From positions 1 through 23,988 of the forward strand of contig JBNGCS010000019.1 in the NCBI GenBank assembly GCA_049975705.1: a stretch of DNA of 23,988 bases, read 5' to 3'. Numbering within the stretch: position 1 is the stretch's first letter; each line of letters opens with the position of its first letter. The notes beneath the pieces were generated by a model, which had not been told where the DNA came from, did not search any database, and saw only the letters and a list, made by a program, of their open reading frames with translations. Positions 23,949 to 23,988 of this stretch are shown in pieces. This stretch comes from Candidatus Bipolaricaulaceae bacterium. Lineage in GTDB: Bacteria > Bipolaricaulota > Bipolaricaulia > Bipolaricaulales > Bipolaricaulaceae. Position numbers and translations under genes: made by a program.

Positions 23949-23988
23949 CCGTCAAGTGGTCTCGATCGCCGGGGGAGACCGCTCCAAG

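Noticed and set aside
1-23988. CRISPR arrays, transposases, integrases, phage genes, toxin-antitoxin pairs and restriction-modification or other defence genes.
   Set aside because: I found no direct-repeat arrays or candidate ORFs. The tRNA pair has housekeeping genes on both flanks and no attached island.
23949-23988. Possible N-terminal truncation or frameshift of the MalF-like permease. The first TM helix looks about 10-15 aa short, and an in-frame TGA lies directly before the ATG.
   Set aside because: Neither alternative frame upstream encodes a hydrophobic segment. At 277 aa the protein is within the CUT1 permease size range, so this is more likely a genuinely short N-terminus than a pseudogene. 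It cannot be resolved inside this window.

Overview
This is a 24 kb window of about 70% GC bacterial chromosome. It is densely packed with housekeeping genes, most of them on the minus strand, and many neighbours overlap by 4 to 40 nt. The organism looks like a thermophile-type high-GC bacterium; Deinococcota, Chloroflexota and Actinomycetota are all possible and I cannot decide between them from the sequence. Recognised genes are listed in the features. On the minus strand are pgsA, tpiA, a reduced division/cell-wall cluster csaB-rsmH-ftsL-ftsI, a MATE efflux gene, a Zn-metallopeptidase-rpe-ribD operon, and a nif3 / COG1579 zinc-ribbon / TPM-domain operon. The TPM gene runs directly into a type A RNase P RNA gene (rnpB) that the ORF track cannot show. 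Also on the minus strand are rnc, a tRNA-Cys(GCA)-tRNA-Val(GAC) pair with a textbook promoter, an operon of an ABC importer (COG1840-type binding protein, fused double permease, TOBE ATPase) coupled to a Cof-type HAD phosphatase, and two CUT1 sugar permeases. On the plus strand are a 5'-truncated PKD / CarboxypepD_reg surface protein, a stomatin (SPFH) gene coupled to a YycJ-like MBL hydrolase, a DUF763 gene coupled to a 61-aa PLDc_N-like membrane protein, and a MoaD/ThiS-type GG protein. I found no CRISPR array, mobile element, integrase or obvious defence system. Most of the long antisense ORFs in the six-frame track are artefacts of the GC content. The points most worth a second look are the rnpB/CDS overlap, several apparently leaderless promoters, and a few unusual gene pairings (stomatin-MBL, DUF763-PLDc_N, ABC importer-Cof phosphatase, TPM with a C-terminal zinc ribbon).
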